From the NCBI GenBank assembly GCA_951406725.2, contig OX597815.1:35960001-36024000 (forward strand): DNA of 64,000 bases, written 5' to 3'. Positions within the stretch are counted from its first letter, which is position 1. Each line of letters opens with the position of its first letter. The translations under genes were made by a program, and so were the position numbers. The notes beneath the pieces are model-generated. The model made no database searches. It was not told where the DNA came from and worked only from the letters and a program-made list of their open reading frames with translations. This document shows, one piece after another, positions 63,451 through 64,000 of this stretch. Origin of the DNA: Octopus vulgaris (taxonomy: Eukaryota).

Positions 63451-63764
63451 TCAATACTTGTATTTTTCTGGTGACAGTAAAATCATAAATTAGAACTAAA
63501 TATCAACGATACAAAATAATTCTAAAGTACATAAGACTACTCACTTAATCTTTACTTATATATTTCTTTATTGCCCTCAGGGGGCAAGCACAAACTTTTA
63601 TCTATGGTAACCTTCCTTAAATAAGAAATGGTTTGACTAAAACTTCATGCAATTCTGCTGGTGAATGCAGTATGCAGCAGGTAAATTCAAGGAAGAGAGA
63701 CAATTGTAGAAACTATAGTCTGAGAGAGGAAACAAGGCATCTGATTGATGATTCAGTTCCTTCT

Positions 63765-64000
63765 CAAGCCATGCCTGGCTCATAAGGGCCGGTTTCCCGG
63801 TTTCTTTGGCTTATAGGTCCCCAACTGGACGGGACGCCGGTCTGTCGCAGGTGAGCTGCAAGATGCAGGAGGAAAGAATGAGAGAAAGTTGTGGTGAAAG
63901 AGTCAGCAGAAGTTCACCATTACCTTCTGCCAGAGCCACGTGGAGCTTAGATGTTTCGCTCATAAACACACACATTGCTCGGTCTGAGATTCGAACTCGT
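63765..64000 (-). mobile_element. SINE C-related copy with a third tail type (runs off the window)
   Basis: gagagaaagttgtggtgaaagagt..agcag, gtggagcttag.tgtttcgctcataaacac.caca and gattcgaac match the family C body. Confidence 0.75.

Overview
AT-rich, repeat-dense eukaryotic DNA. The tRNA-derived SINE families, RTE LINEs with (GAT)n tails and abundant TA/CA/TATG microsatellites point to a cephalopod, most likely Octopus (inference). One host gene is clearly supported: a minus-strand SEC14L1/SEC14L5 (Drosophila real-time)-type PRELI-domain gene. Its start-codon exon (CDS 41039-40977, MVHKYQSPVRVYKYPFEFVMA) is joined across a 36,620-bp phase-0 GT-AG intron to a 150-bp exon (4356-4207, AYEKRFPTC...DAPYILKK). 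Later exons lie left of the window, and a non-coding first exon should lie further right. Neither exon appears in the ORF track; almost all listed ORFs come from microsatellites or transposon relics. The rest is nested mobile DNA: three tRNA-SINE families, RTE, Tx1 and CR1/Jockey-like LINE relics, mariner/Tc1 relics, MITEs, two Helitrons and LTR-like elements. The most interesting signals are Penelope-type minimal hammerhead-ribozyme motifs in the gene's sense orientation, long intronic hairpins (candidate ADAR substrates), a sharp CpG step inside the giant intron suggesting an internal promoter, an AP-1/ETS motif cluster and inverted/divergent LTR-like structures. I found no clear evidence of a wholly new system. 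Repeat boundaries are by eye and approximate unless a TSD or splice site is cited.
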